From the NCBI GenBank assembly GCA_963740085.1, contig CAVUCU010000005.1:288001-352000 (forward strand): a DNA stretch of 64,000 nucleotides, read 5' to 3'. A model generated the notes under the pieces. The model saw nothing but the letters and a program-made list of their open reading frames with translations, had not been told where the DNA came from and did no database searches. The stretch is from Nitrospirota bacterium (GTDB lineage: Bacteria; Nitrospirota; UBA9217). Within the stretch, counting starts at the first letter, position 1; each line of letters starts with the position of its first letter. Below are positions 24,432-34,484 of this stretch, one piece after another. Both the position numbers and the translations under genes were made by a program.

Positions 24432-24463
24432 AAAATCTCCGGGGAGGGAAACCCTCCCCGGAG
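24432..24463 (-). terminator. Intrinsic terminator-like hairpin between aprA and qmoA
   Basis: CTCCGGGGAGGG-aaa-CCCTCCCCGGAG perfect 12-bp stem followed by ATTTTA on the minus strand. Confidence 0.7.
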
Positions 24464-24475
24464 TTGTGAATGTTA

Positions 24476-26521
24476 TTAGTGTTTTACAGGAGCTGCATCT
24501 TCAACAAGCTGTACGTAGGGGACCTTCTTGACTTCCCAGGTGTCCTTCTCCAAGTTGTACTTGGAGTTGACAAAACACTTCCAGTTGACATCGTCCACGA
24601 GGTCAAAGTCGCCGCGATAGTAGTATCCGGGATACCGTGACTCCTGCCGGAACAGGATGTGGCGCGCATGGGCCTCCACGGAGAGGATGCGATGATAGTT
24701 CTCCCAGCAGCGCATCAGTTCGTGCAGGTTGCTTGCCGCCATCTTGGAGGTGTCTTCCTTCAGCACCTGGAGCTTACTGAGGCCTGCATCGAGCATGGTC
24801 TTGGAGGTCATGTACCAGGTCGAGATGCCGCCGAAGTACTCGTCGGCGATCTTCTGCAGACGGGTCTGGAGCATCTTCGGTCGGATGTAATTCGGGTTGA
24901 TGAAGGGGTCCGTGGTAAGGGTCTTGTACTTCTCGTAGACCTCGAAGGGCAGATAGAGCTCTGCCGCCAGGTGGTCAGCCGTCTCTTTGATGGTCGGCTT
25001 GTAGTCAGGATTATCGAGGATGAACGAGATCGCGCTCTTGGCCGCGATGCGGCCCTCGGCATGCGAACCCGAGGAGAACTTGTGGCCCGATGCGCCGCAG
25101 ATGTCGCCGCACATAAACAGGCCCTTTACAGTCGACTGGCGGTTGTAGTTGCCTGCCGGCCATTTTTTGTTCCACTCTTCCGGCGCGCCGAGGTCGTCGG
25201 GACCGCAGCACCAGAAACCCGCACAACCGGCATGCGAACCGAGGAGATAGGGCTCGGTCGGCATGATCTCGGACGGGACCTTGTCCGGCTCAACGTTCTG
25301 CGCAGCCCAAAGGCCGGCCTGGCCGATGGCCATGTCGAGGAAGTCTTCCCATGCCTCTGCCTCGAGGTGCTTCACCTTCTTGGCGCCCTCTTTATCGCCC
25401 AGCTTTTCCTTGAAGGTCTTGTTGATCACGGCCATTGCCTCGTCCGTTCTCATGAGGATCGGGCCTTTGCCCAGCTTCATGTCACGCATCATGAGGTGGT
25501 TGCGGATGGCCGTGCCGAGGTTGTCGACATACTTCCCGTATTTTGCCTTGGCCTCTGCCAGGGCCTCCGGGTTGACGCAATAGTCCTCGCCGAGGCTGTT
25601 GGTCGCCTTGGCTTTGAAGAACAGGAACCATGCGCCCACCGGGCCGTAGCCATCCTTGAAGCGGGCGGGCACGAAACGGTTTTCCATCATGGTGAGCTCT
25701 GCGCCGGCCTGCAGACCGAGGGCGTAGCCGGAACCGGAATTCCAGACCGGATACCATGCGCGGCCCTGGCCTTCCTGGGTCGACCGGGGACGGAACACGT
25801 TCACTGCGCCGCCGGCTGCCAGTACCATGGCCTTTGCCTTGAATACGTAGATCTTGTTCTCACGAACGCTGAAACCGGCCGCTGCCGCGACGCGATTGGG
25901 GTCCTTGGCGTCATTGTACAGCTTCACGATGAACACGCGCTCGTAGTGGTTCGTCTTCTCGCCCGTGGCTGCGCGGTTGGTCTCAAGGGCCTTCTTCGCG
26001 GCTTCCGCGACGATGACCTTGTAGGACTCGCCGTTGATCATGATCTGCCACTTGCCTGAGCGGACCGGCTTGCCGCCGTCCTTCAGCATGGTCTTTCCTG
26101 CTTCCTTTGCCTGAAAACCGTCGAGGGAGAAGCCATCGTCGCCCATCTTCCAGATCGGAAGGCCCCACTCTTCGAACTGCTGCACGGAATCATCCACACA
26201 ACGGCCGAGGTCATAGACCAGGTCCTCGCGGATGATGCCCATGAGATCGTTTCTTACCATTTTGACATAGTCCACGGGATCGTTGTCACCCATGTAGGTG
26301 TTGATCGCCGACAGACCCATGGCAACGGCGCCGGACCGATCGGTCGCGGCCTTGTCCACCATGACTATTTTGATCTTCTTCGGGTTTGCCCAGCGGGCGC
26401 CTTCGAATGCCGCGCCGCAGCACGCCATACCGCCTCCGATGAGGAGGAGATCGGTCTCAATCTCTTCGATCGTCGGCTTCGCGCAGAACGAAAAATTACA
26501 GGTTTCTTTTTCCATTTTCAT
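24476..26521 (-). CDS. aprA: Adenylylsulfate (APS) reductase alpha subunit
   Basis: RSGAVAMGLSAIN, WQIMINGESYK, RFKDGYGPVGAWFL, HKFSSGSHAEGR. Confidence 0.99.
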   Translation of the reverse strand: MKMEKETCNFSFCAKPTIEEIETDLLLIGGGMACCGAAFEGARWANPKKIKIVMVDKAATDRSGAVAMGLSAINTYMGDNDPVDYVKMVRNDLMGIIREDLVYDLGRCVDDSVQQFEEWGLPIWKMGDDGFSLDGFQAKEAGKTMLKDGGKPVRSGKWQIMINGESYKVIVAEAAKKALETNRAATGEKTNHYERVFIVKLYNDAKDPNRVAAAAGFSVRENKIYVFKAKAMVLAAGGAVNVFRPRSTQEGQGRAWYPVWNSGSGYALGLQAGAELTMMENRFVPARFKDGYGPVGAWFLFFKAKATNSLGEDYCVNPEALAEAKAKYGKYVDNLGTAIRNHLMMRDMKLGKGPILMRTDEAMAVINKTFKEKLGDKEGAKKVKHLEAEAWEDFLDMAIGQAGLWAAQNVEPDKVPSEIMPTEPYLLGSHAGCAGFWCCGPDDLGAPEEWNKKWPAGNYNRQSTVKGLFMCGDICGASGHKFSSGSHAEGRIAAKSAISFILDNPDYKPTIKETADHLAAELYLPFEVYEKYKTLTTDPFINPNYIRPKMLQTRLQKIADEYFGGISTWYMTSKTMLDAGLSKLQVLKEDTSKMAASNLHELMRCWENYHRILSVEAHARHILFRQESRYPGYYYRGDFDLVDDVNWKCFVNSKYNLEKDTWEVKKVPYVQLVEDAAPVKH

Positions 26522-26528
26522 ATCCTCC

Positions 26529-26960
26529 TTATTTCTTGATTACCGGCATGGCCTTCGCGTGAGTGAAGAGACCCGGCTGTTTTACTTTTGCGTAATCGAC
26601 CTCGGGTTTGCCCTTGAAGGGATCAACCGAACCTTCTACTGTCGTTCTGATCGGGAACTTGAACCGCTTCAGGAGCCCACTCCGGAATTTGATGGTCCAC
26701 ATGATGGAGTCCGTACCCCTCATCGGGATAACGTTCGCTCCCAGGGGTGCGAAATCCTGGTAGGCCCGGACCTCGATCGCCTGCTGCGGGCAGATCTTGA
26801 CGCAGTTGTAACATTCCCAGCACTGTTCCGGCTCCTGGTTGAACGCCTTCATGATATCCCTGTTCAGGGCCATGAGGTCGTTCGGGCAGATATACTGGCA
26901 GGCAGTCTTATCTTGCGCCTTGCAACCATCACACTTCTCTGTAATCACATAACTTGGCAT
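26529..26960 (-). CDS. aprB: APS reductase beta subunit
   Basis: CDGCK...TACQYICPNDLM, CWECYNCVKICP, RFKFPIRTT. Confidence 0.99.
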   Translation of the reverse strand: MPSYVITEKCDGCKAQDKTACQYICPNDLMALNRDIMKAFNQEPEQCWECYNCVKICPQQAIEVRAYQDFAPLGANVIPMRGTDSIMWTIKFRSGLLKRFKFPIRTTVEGSVDPFKGKPEVDYAKVKQPGLFTHAKAMPVIKK

Positions 26961-27021
26961 GTTTCTGAACCTCCTATCTATAGAATGTAGTTAAACTGCT
27001 TCTGCAGTTGTTGTTCCTTGA

Positions 27022-28260
27022 TTACTTAAGCGTATGGGTTCCCTCGGCGTGGCTGTGAAGCTTGATCTCAACCTTCGTGGTCAGGCCCGCGTAGTACTTC
27101 TTGAGGATCTCAAGCACTTCGGGGCGGCTGAAATGATCGGGGACGTTCTCGCCTTCGGAGAGCATCTTGCGGAGCTTGGTGCCGGACAGCATGAGCCGGT
27201 CATCCTTGCCGTGGGGGCAGGTCCTCATGGAGGCCATGCCGTCGCACTTGAAGCAGTAGAATGTATGGTCGATCTTGAGGGGCTGGGTCTCGAGCGCGCC
27301 CTTCGGGATATCGTCGAAGATCTTCTGCGCGTCAAAGGGACCGTAGTAGTCGCCCACGCCGGCATGATCGCGTCCGACGATCAGGTGGCTGCAGCCGAAG
27401 TTCTGGCGGAAGAGCGCGTGCAGGAGAGCCTCACGCGGACCGGCATAGCGCATTTCCATGGGGTAGCCGCACTGGATGGAGGAGTCCTTCACGAAGTACT
27501 TGTCCATGAGCGTGTTGATGGCATCGGCGCGGACATCGGCCGGGATATCGCCCTCTTTGAGCTTGCCGAGGATCTGGTGGATGAGCACGCCATCCATGGT
27601 CTCGATGGCGATCTTGGCGAGATATTCGTGCGAGCGATGCATGGGGTTCCTGGTCTGGAACGCCGCGATCGTGCTCCAGCCTTTTTCCTCGAACATCTTG
27701 CGCGTCTGCTTCGGCGTCATGTAAATGCCCTTGAAGGTCTCGGGGAAATGGGCCTCGGAGAGGACCTTCACCGGACCGGCAAGATTCACATCAGGCTGGC
27801 CCATGACCTTCTGGACGCCCGGGTGACCGGCAACATCGTTGGTGCGGAAGATCTGCTTGCATTCATGCTCTTTGTCAGACTTGGACATCGCGTACTTTTC
27901 GGCCACCTTCATGGTGGCCATGATCGTGCCCGACTCTTCGTCCACAAGCGTGATCTCTTCGTTCTTTTTGAGCGAATCGGCGAAATCCGTGGAAGCCGAG
28001 AGCGTCACAGGGACCGGCCAGAACGTGCCGTCCGCCATTTTGTACTTGTCGCAGACACCCTTCCAGTCTTTCTTGGTCATGAAACCCGTAAGCGGGGTGA
28101 ACGCGCCGATGCCCATCATCACGAGGTCTGCGGTCTCGCGGGATGAGATCTTGAGCTGCTTCAGGGTCTTGGCCTTCTTCAGTTCTTTCTGAAGGGCCGC
28201 CCCTTCCAGAAGAAGCGGCATGAGCTTCTTCTTTTTTCCATGAGGCTTTACCAGTGCCAT
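27022..28260 (-). CDS. sat: Sulfate adenylyltransferase
   Basis: [31 protein letters not shown]. Confidence 0.99.
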   Translation of the reverse strand: MALVKPHGKKKKLMPLLLEGAALQKELKKAKTLKQLKISSRETADLVMMGIGAFTPLTGFMTKKDWKGVCDKYKMADGTFWPVPVTLSASTDFADSLKKNEEITLVDEESGTIMATMKVAEKYAMSKSDKEHECKQIFRTNDVAGHPGVQKVMGQPDVNLAGPVKVLSEAHFPETFKGIYMTPKQTRKMFEEKGWSTIAAFQTRNPMHRSHEYLAKIAIETMDGVLIHQILGKLKEGDIPADVRADAINTLMDKYFVKDSSIQCGYPMEMRYAGPREALLHALFRQNFGCSHLIVGRDHAGVGDYYGPFDAQKIFDDIPKGALETQPLKIDHTFYCFKCDGMASMRTCPHGKDDRLMLSGTKLRKMLSEGENVPDHFSRPEVLEILKKYYAGLTTKVEIKLHSHAEGTHTLK

Positions 28261-28334
28261 AGTGTTTCCTCCTTGTAAGAATTATTAAGAAATGGTCTGA
28301 TCAGTCTTCTCGGACGTATCGGACCGATGATCCA

Positions 28335-28982
28335 TTATCCCAGCGCTGCAGTCACTTTGGTGAAGATGTCGCTGATGCTGCCCGTGCCCATGATGGTCTT
28401 CATGATATTTTTCTTTGAGTAGTAATCGATGAGCGGCGCGGTCTGCTTCGCATACACCTCAAGCCGCTTCTTGATGGTCTCTTCCTTATCGTCGTCGCGC
28501 TGAAACAACGCGCCCCCGCACTTGTCGCAGACACCTTCTTTTTTCGGGGGAGAGAAATAGATATTGTACATCTGCTGGCAGGATTTGCAGGTCCGCCTGC
28601 CGGTGAGGCGCTTGAGGAGGTCGTTCATGTCCACGTCGATGTTGAGGGCCGCGGTGAGCGGCATGCCCATACCGGAGAGGATCTTGTCGAGGGCCTCGGC
28701 CTGGACCGTGTTGCGCGGGAACCCGTCGAGGATGAAGCCCGCCTTGCAGTCAGGCTGCTTGATGCGATCTTCAACGAGACCGAGCACGATCTTGTCCGAC
28801 ACGAGCCCGCCCGAATCCATGATCACCTTGGCCTCTTTGCCGAGCGGCGTTCCGTCCGCAACGGCCTTGCGAAGAATGTCACCCGTCGAGATCTGCGGGA
28901 TCTTGTATTTCTCGATCAGCATCTTCGCCTGTGTACCTTTACCGGCACCGGGAGCACCGAGCAGCACAACTCTCTTGGCCAT
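28335..28982 (-). CDS. adk: Adenylate kinase
   Basis: GAPGAGKGTQ, LDGFPR, zinc lid CxxC...CxxC. Confidence 0.98.
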   Translation of the reverse strand: MAKRVVLLGAPGAGKGTQAKMLIEKYKIPQISTGDILRKAVADGTPLGKEAKVIMDSGGLVSDKIVLGLVEDRIKQPDCKAGFILDGFPRNTVQAEALDKILSGMGMPLTAALNIDVDMNDLLKRLTGRRTCKSCQQMYNIYFSPPKKEGVCDKCGGALFQRDDDKEETIKKRLEVYAKQTAPLIDYYSKKNIMKTIMGTGSISDIFTKVTAALG

Positions 28983-29133
28983 AGAATGGAACCTCCGTGA
29001 TTTAAGATTCGTGTTCAGTCAAAGAAAGACAGAAGGCGCAACAAACCCACCGCATGATTTAAGCCGGAGCCTATAATCGTTGAAATCGATTTGTTTTTCA
29101 AGTTAATAATAATAATTTGAATATTAGTTTTGT

Positions 29134-29748
29134 TTATAAATGGCGGAGAGAACGCAGGGAAGTGGCAAGTTTTTCAAGTGCTTTGCCCCGGTGACTGAGC
29201 CGGTCCTTCTCATCACCTGACATCTCGGCAAAAGTGTTTTTGTAACCCTTTGGAATGAACACCGGGTCGTAACCGAATCCCGTTTTACCCTTCGGCTCAT
29301 CTCCTATGCGACCTTCAGCATATCCGAAAAAAGTCTTGACCGATCCGTCGGGGAAGGCCAGGGCCATGCAGCAAACGAACCGGGCCCCCCGCTTCTCGTC
29401 CGGGATGTTCTTGAGTTCAATGAGGAGCTTTTCGTAATTCTTGACATCATTGCCGCCGGTATTGCCGGCATACCGGGCCGAGAACACTCCAGGCGCACCG
29501 CCAAGGGCGTCTACCTCGAGCCCTGAATCGTCGGCAAGGGCGGGCTTGCCCGTGCATTTGCAGACCTCGCTTGCCTTCTTGACCGCGTTGCCCTCAAAGG
29601 TGTCCCGGTCCTCCACGGTTTCGGGGCAATCGGGAAAATTGTCAAGGGAAAGAATGGTTATTGGAAGGTCAGCAATGATCCGCCTGATCTCTTCGATCTT
29701 TTTTTTGTTTCGCGTGGCAAGTACGATTTCCATTTTTTTCATCCCCAT
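29134..29748 (-). CDS. rdgB: dITP/XTP pyrophosphatase (Ham1 family)
   Basis: ATRNKKK, ADDSGL, GFGYDP, SHRG. Confidence 0.95.
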   Translation of the reverse strand: MGMKKMEIVLATRNKKKIEEIRRIIADLPITILSLDNFPDCPETVEDRDTFEGNAVKKASEVCKCTGKPALADDSGLEVDALGGAPGVFSARYAGNTGGNDVKNYEKLLIELKNIPDEKRGARFVCCMALAFPDGSVKTFFGYAEGRIGDEPKGKTGFGYDPVFIPKGYKNTFAEMSGDEKDRLSHRGKALEKLATSLRSLRHL

Positions 29749-29804
29749 CCGCGCCAGGCAAGGCTGGGTCGTTTTTCACGTTTGCAATCCCGGTCTCAAT
29801 CCCT

Positions 29805-30599
29805 TTAATGATTCTGAGTATAGGCGTTGGGGTCGAACAGCGAATCGCTGATGCGTGCGTTAAACAGGTAATTATCGATGATCGTTTCGCTGATTCTGGT
29901 CCCTCCGGCATAATTGACGATCCTGAAGGGAACGAGCACCCCTTCGAAGAATCTGAAATCGCTGAACTCGGCGCTCAGGCTCGTCGACCCTTCTCCCATT
30001 GAAAAACTGCCGAGTGTCTTCACGATCCGGTAAGTCACTTCGTTCACAAAAACATCCATGGTGTTTCCCGCGCGGTCCGTGCATCGAAGAACCGTGGCAT
30101 CAGCCGGGGATTCGCGTCCCAGTTCCCTCACGGTAAAGGAGTCGTCGAGCAGCGCAAAGGGCATGCTCAGATCATTGTACTGGTAGATCATGGCGAGATA
30201 GCCGGGCCCGCTCACTTCCTCCATCTTTCCGTCGACGCCGCGGAAAACCCTGGCTTCGCTCAGGATGCGTGTTTCCCGGGACAGCGCATAGTGAATGTCC
30301 ACGAACAGCTTGCCGTCCCTGCGTAAAGCGCGCCGGTATACTCCATGATCTCCCCTGACCAGCGCGTTTATGCTGCCCTCTACCGCTATCGAACTGATCT
30401 GCGAGAGACGCTCTCTCCCGCCGTAGGCGTCGAGGATCTTGTCCCTAAGATCTCCCCCTTTCGGCGAAGCATGAAGGCTGCATGATACGAGCGGAAAAAG
30501 GAGCACCCCGAGGTGCAGCAGTTTTTTGAGTGCGCTCCTGGTTGAAGTGCAATGAACTCTTTTTGGCCCGGTGATGACGCCATTGCATGATGCGGTCAT
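29805..30599 (-). CDS. Hypothetical exported protein (start uncertain)
   Basis: Signal-like LLHLGVLLFPLVSC, ILDAYGG, FSDFR..EGVLVPF pattern. Confidence 0.65.
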   Translation of the reverse strand: MTASCNGVITGPKRVHCTSTRSALKKLLHLGVLLFPLVSCSLHASPKGGDLRDKILDAYGGRERLSQISSIAVEGSINALVRGDHGVYRRALRRDGKLFVDIHYALSRETRILSEARVFRGVDGKMEEVSGPGYLAMIYQYNDLSMPFALLDDSFTVRELGRESPADATVLRCTDRAGNTMDVFVNEVTYRIVKTLGSFSMGEGSTSLSAEFSDFRFFEGVLVPFRIVNYAGGTRISETIIDNYLFNARISDSLFDPNAYTQNH

Positions 30600-30624
30600 C
30601 GCGCCCCCTGTTCAACCGAAGTGA

Positions 30625-30889
30625 TTATTTCACCTCGGCCTTCCTGAAGCTTCTGTACAGGAGAAGATCATAGACGATTTTAAGACCTCCCGCAATAAGA
30701 AAAGGAGCGGCCAGCAGTGCGGGATACGCGAGAAATGCCCCGCTCATGGCGGCGAGATTGCGGTACCGATGGACCGCGCAATGCCCGTCACCCCGAGGCA
30801 GCGGAGCGCTCATCAGGAGCCACCACGGCCATGGTGTAGGCCTGGCGTGTGGGCACGTCCATCTGGGATATGCTGAAGCGGAGAAGGAG
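30625..30889 (-). pseudogene. Displaced, frameshifted duplicate of the 3' end of the MFS gene at 33276-34484
   Basis: Aligns by eye to 33276-33542 (shared gggcacgtccatctgggatatgctgaa and gaggcagcggagcgctcatcagga); encodes GGLKIVYDLLLYRSF.KAEVK. Confidence 0.9.
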
Positions 30890-31000
30890 CCCGGTTATGG
30901 CGAAAAAAAACGGGCTTTACAACAAGGGCGATGCGAGCGGCAATACAGAAGAAGGCTTTAATCTTCAGAAAATAAGGGACTGTCTCTTTCTCTTTTGAGT

Positions 31001-31600
31001 TTAAAGATTTTTCATCTGGGCAGTGGCCGTCTTGATGGCTTTCACAACGCGTGCATTGTTCGGATCAAATACGAGGATGCTTTTCCAGATGGAAATCGCC
31101 TCGGCAAGATTACCCTTTCTGTATTCGGCCAGTGCGCGTTGTGAAAGATGAGAGCTGCAATCCCTCAATCGTGCTTCAAGAAATTTCTTGTCAAGCGACA
31201 GTTCCCCGAAGAGTTCCCGGCAGGAGGATTTGTTTTTCAGTAAGACATAATATGCCCGTCCTGATAAAGCGAACTCCTCTCTGCTGAAAAGCTCGTCTGC
31301 GGCATGCTGAATATCCTTTATGGTTTTGTCATAGTTCGTGAAGAGCGTCTGGTCGTCGGGATATTTACGGCAGGCATCGGCATAGACATCCAACGCGCTG
31401 TTATAATCACCCTGGACGATATCCTGTTCGGATTCCATGCGTGCTCGATCGATTTCCAAGCGAGTTCGGTCGATTTCCAGGTGTGTTCGATCGGCCATCG
31501 CATGGTCGATCGCTGCTTTTTTCTGCGGCAAGCAGGAGGGGAATACCAGAAATATCAGAACCGCGTGGACCGTTATTCTTTTCCAGGAAAGGAGCTGCAT
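31001..31600 (-). CDS. TPR-like putative lipoprotein
   Basis: Signal ending FPSC; YRKGNLAEAISIWKSILVFDPNN TPR-like repeat. Confidence 0.75.
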   Translation of the reverse strand: MQLLSWKRITVHAVLIFLVFPSCLPQKKAAIDHAMADRTHLEIDRTRLEIDRARMESEQDIVQGDYNSALDVYADACRKYPDDQTLFTNYDKTIKDIQHAADELFSREEFALSGRAYYVLLKNKSSCRELFGELSLDKKFLEARLRDCSSHLSQRALAEYRKGNLAEAISIWKSILVFDPNNARVVKAIKTATAQMKNL

Positions 31601-31603
31601 GCT

Positions 31604-32989
31604 CTACCCTCGCACCTCTTGCAATTCCTCGGCAATCCGTTTATCCATGATCCTCGTGAAGACCTTCACGAGGTCGGGATTAAATTGCTTGCCGGCGCAC
31701 TTCATGAGCTCCTCCAGCGTCCCCATTTCAGAAATGGCGTCGCGATAGGGTCTGTTCGACGTCATCGCGTCGTAGGTGTCAGTTATGGCGATGATGGCGG
31801 CAAACAGGGGGATCTCATCTCCCTTCAGTCCATCGGGATATCCTTTGCCGTTAAACCACTCGTGGTGATGTCTGACCGGTGGTATGTATTTTTGCAGCGA
31901 CGGTGCTTTACTGAGAATAGCAGCCCCGTATTCGGTATGGCGCATCATTTCCTTGTACTCCAAGACGGTCAGCTTGTCTCTTTTCCGGAGGATCGCGTCC
32001 GGTGTTTTGATCTTTCCAATATCATGGAACAGGCACGAGACCTCGAGTTCCTCCAGTGAAACATTGTTCAGGCCGATTTCCCTCCCGAGTTGAAGAGAAA
32101 GCCTCGAAACCCTCATTGAGTGCCCGTGGGTATAGGGGTCTCTTGCATCGATCGCCGCGGCAAGCACTCTCACCGTGGAGACATAAGAGTCCTCCAGATC
32201 TTTGGCGTATTTGTGAAGCCTGCCGCTCTGTTCGTCTATGACTACCATCATTTCATTGAAGCTCGCAGTCAATCTTCCGAACTCGTCATGCGAGTAGATT
32301 TTGAGCCGCCGATTTTTTTTCCCTTCCTTGAGGTCATCCATGCCATCGGAAAGCTCTTGAATCGGCTTTGTCAAAAACGAGGAAAGGACCACGCTGCCGG
32401 CAATGCCCAACAGGAGAATTCCCGTAAAGATTACCATGATCTTCTTTCGCGCCGCATGCTGGGCATCCTGCACCGCCGATTTGTTCACGCTGAGGATGAC
32501 CGAACCCTTCCGCTTATTGAATATGACGATAGGGCTTACGATTTCAAAACCGGCAGCGGACGAACTCATTGATTCCTTTACCGTGGTTCCGTCACCGCCT
32601 TGCAGGAGTAATCGCCCCTGAGGGGACGACAATATCTTTCCGGCCTTGTCTACATCGCTGTGCGCTATGATTTTCATATTGGGACCCACGATCGCTACCG
32701 ACTCTATATCACGATTTGACTCGCGCATCTTGAAAACCATATTGTCAAGACCGAGGAAGTCCTTCGAGAGCAGACTGTAACCCGCAGATGCCGCGGCACT
32801 TTTCGAAAGCGCTTCGGATTTCTTGAGCACCTCATTGAGGAGATAATGATTCATGATCGTGAGGGTGGTCGTGTAGAATGAAACAGCGGAGATGATGAGC
32901 AGGAAGAGCACCATGCCGGTAATTTTGACTCTGATGTTGTTAAATTTGGTGAGCATAGCGATGCGCGATCTTCTCATTAACATTAACAA
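31604..32989 (-). CDS. Membrane-bound HAMP + HD-GYP cyclic-dinucleotide phosphodiesterase (start may be 32956)
   Basis: Two TM helices, HAMP (DEFGRLTASFNEM), HDIGK, HHEWFNGKGYP. Confidence 0.92.
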   Translation of the reverse strand: MLMLMRRSRIAMLTKFNNIRVKITGMVLFLLIISAVSFYTTTLTIMNHYLLNEVLKKSEALSKSAAASAGYSLLSKDFLGLDNMVFKMRESNRDIESVAIVGPNMKIIAHSDVDKAGKILSSPQGRLLLQGGDGTTVKESMSSSAAGFEIVSPIVIFNKRKGSVILSVNKSAVQDAQHAARKKIMVIFTGILLLGIAGSVVLSSFLTKPIQELSDGMDDLKEGKKNRRLKIYSHDEFGRLTASFNEMMVVIDEQSGRLHKYAKDLEDSYVSTVRVLAAAIDARDPYTHGHSMRVSRLSLQLGREIGLNNVSLEELEVSCLFHDIGKIKTPDAILRKRDKLTVLEYKEMMRHTEYGAAILSKAPSLQKYIPPVRHHHEWFNGKGYPDGLKGDEIPLFAAIIAITDTYDAMTSNRPYRDAISEMGTLEELMKCAGKQFNPDLVKVFTRIMDKRIAEELQEVRG

Positions 32990-33275
32990 CTATCAATGCA
33001 ACACCGGGCGCAGAGCAAACAACAGATACGGTTAAAACTATACCGTAAATTATCTGTTTTGGCAAGATAAAACTGTTATAAACATATGTTTACAAACAAC
33101 TCAATCCTGTATGATTTTACCCCCTACTTCTACTTCTTGCTCTTCGCATCTGCAATTCAGTCAGCTGTGAATACACCGCTGATCTGCGACTTTTTCGATG
33201 GGCTTAATCGTTTGCGTCATTGTCATTAGGCGATCAAAATAGCGCCTCTATACCGCGGTGAATGCCCTCGCATCC

Positions 33276-34484
33276 TCACTTCACCTCCGCTTTTTTGAAA
33301 CTCCGGTACAACAGCAGATCATAGACGATCTTGAGCCCGCCGGCCATAAAGAACGGCGCGCTCAGAAGGGCCGGATATGCGAGAAAGATACCGGCAAGGA
33401 CTGGCGAGATCGCCGCGCCAACAGAGCGTGCAATTCCGGTCACCCCCGAGGCAGCGGAGCGCTCATCAGGATCAACCACGGCCATGGTGTAGGACTGGCG
33501 CGTGGGCACGTCCATCTGGGATATGCTGAAACGGAGAAGGAGTACGGCAATAGCCAGGCCGAGACTCGGCATGAGCGGCACGAGGCACAACAGCACGTTC
33601 GACGGGATGTGGGTGAAGACCATGGTGTTGATCAATCCGATGCGGGACGCTATCCGGACAGCGAGCAGCGCAGAAACACCTGCCAGAATGTTCGCGCCGA
33701 AGAAGATGCTCCCGAGGGCCCCTGCGTCAATGCCGAATTTGATATGGAACCAGTAGGCCACCATGCTCTGGATCACGAAACCGCCTGCAAAGGCATCAAG
33801 GGCAAAAAGGGCGGAGAGCTTTAACACCACCCCTTTTGACCTATGGAGACCGAGCACGCGCCCTGCAGCCGGGGCCGGCCCTGCTGTTTCAACAGCCGGG
33901 GAGAGGAACATGAAAAAAACAAAGAGGACCACGCCGCACGCTGCATAGCCCAGGATCACCGCCTTATAAGACGCAAGCTCCGAAAGCCCCGCATGCCTCA
34001 GGCTCTGGGACAGGAGACCGCCGACAAGCGCGCCTGTTGCCGTTGCAAGAGAACCCGCGAGGTTGTACCAGGCAAAGGCCTTTGTGCGTTGCTCCGATGG
34101 AAGAAGCTGCGACAGCGCCGCCTGCTCCAATGAGAGGAAGGGCCCGATCTCATTCCCGCTCGGGCTTATGACCCCGATGATGGCCGCGATCATGAGCAGG
34201 ACGGGATTTCCTGTCACACTGAAGACCACTCCGGCAAGGATCATGAGCCCGGCGCCGAGAAGCAGCATCTTTTTTCTGCCGATCCGGTCGGCGGTTGTCG
34301 TGATCCAGAGCGAAATGCCCGCGTCGCCGAAGAGAGTAAGCGTGAAGAGCAGGCCGATCTGCGCCCCGCTCAGGCCGGCCTCATGAAGGTAAAGGGCAAG
34401 CACCACCGAGAGCGCGCCGTAGGCAAAGAGACGCACGCTTCTCGCACTGAAGAGCAGGGCGACGTCACGCCGCGTATGCGCCAT
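33276..34484 (-). CDS. MFS transporter
   Basis: About 12 TM segments, ADRIGRKK motif A. Confidence 0.92.
   Translation of the reverse strand: MAHTRRDVALLFSARSVRLFAYGALSVVLALYLHEAGLSGAQIGLLFTLTLFGDAGISLWITTTADRIGRKKMLLLGAGLMILAGVVFSVTGNPVLLMIAAIIGVISPSGNEIGPFLSLEQAALSQLLPSEQRTKAFAWYNLAGSLATATGALVGGLLSQSLRHAGLSELASYKAVILGYAACGVVLFVFFMFLSPAVETAGPAPAAGRVLGLHRSKGVVLKLSALFALDAFAGGFVIQSMVAYWFHIKFGIDAGALGSIFFGANILAGVSALLAVRIASRIGLINTMVFTHIPSNVLLCLVPLMPSLGLAIAVLLLRFSISQMDVPTRQSYTMAVVDPDERSAASGVTGIARSVGAAISPVLAGIFLAYPALLSAPFFMAGGLKIVYDLLLYRSFKKAEVK

Noticed and set aside
29078-29102. TTGAAA...TTTCAA palindrome upstream of adk-sat as a Rex operator
   Set aside because: Does not fit the TTGTGAA-N4-TTCACAA pattern and may only reflect an AT-rich promoter.
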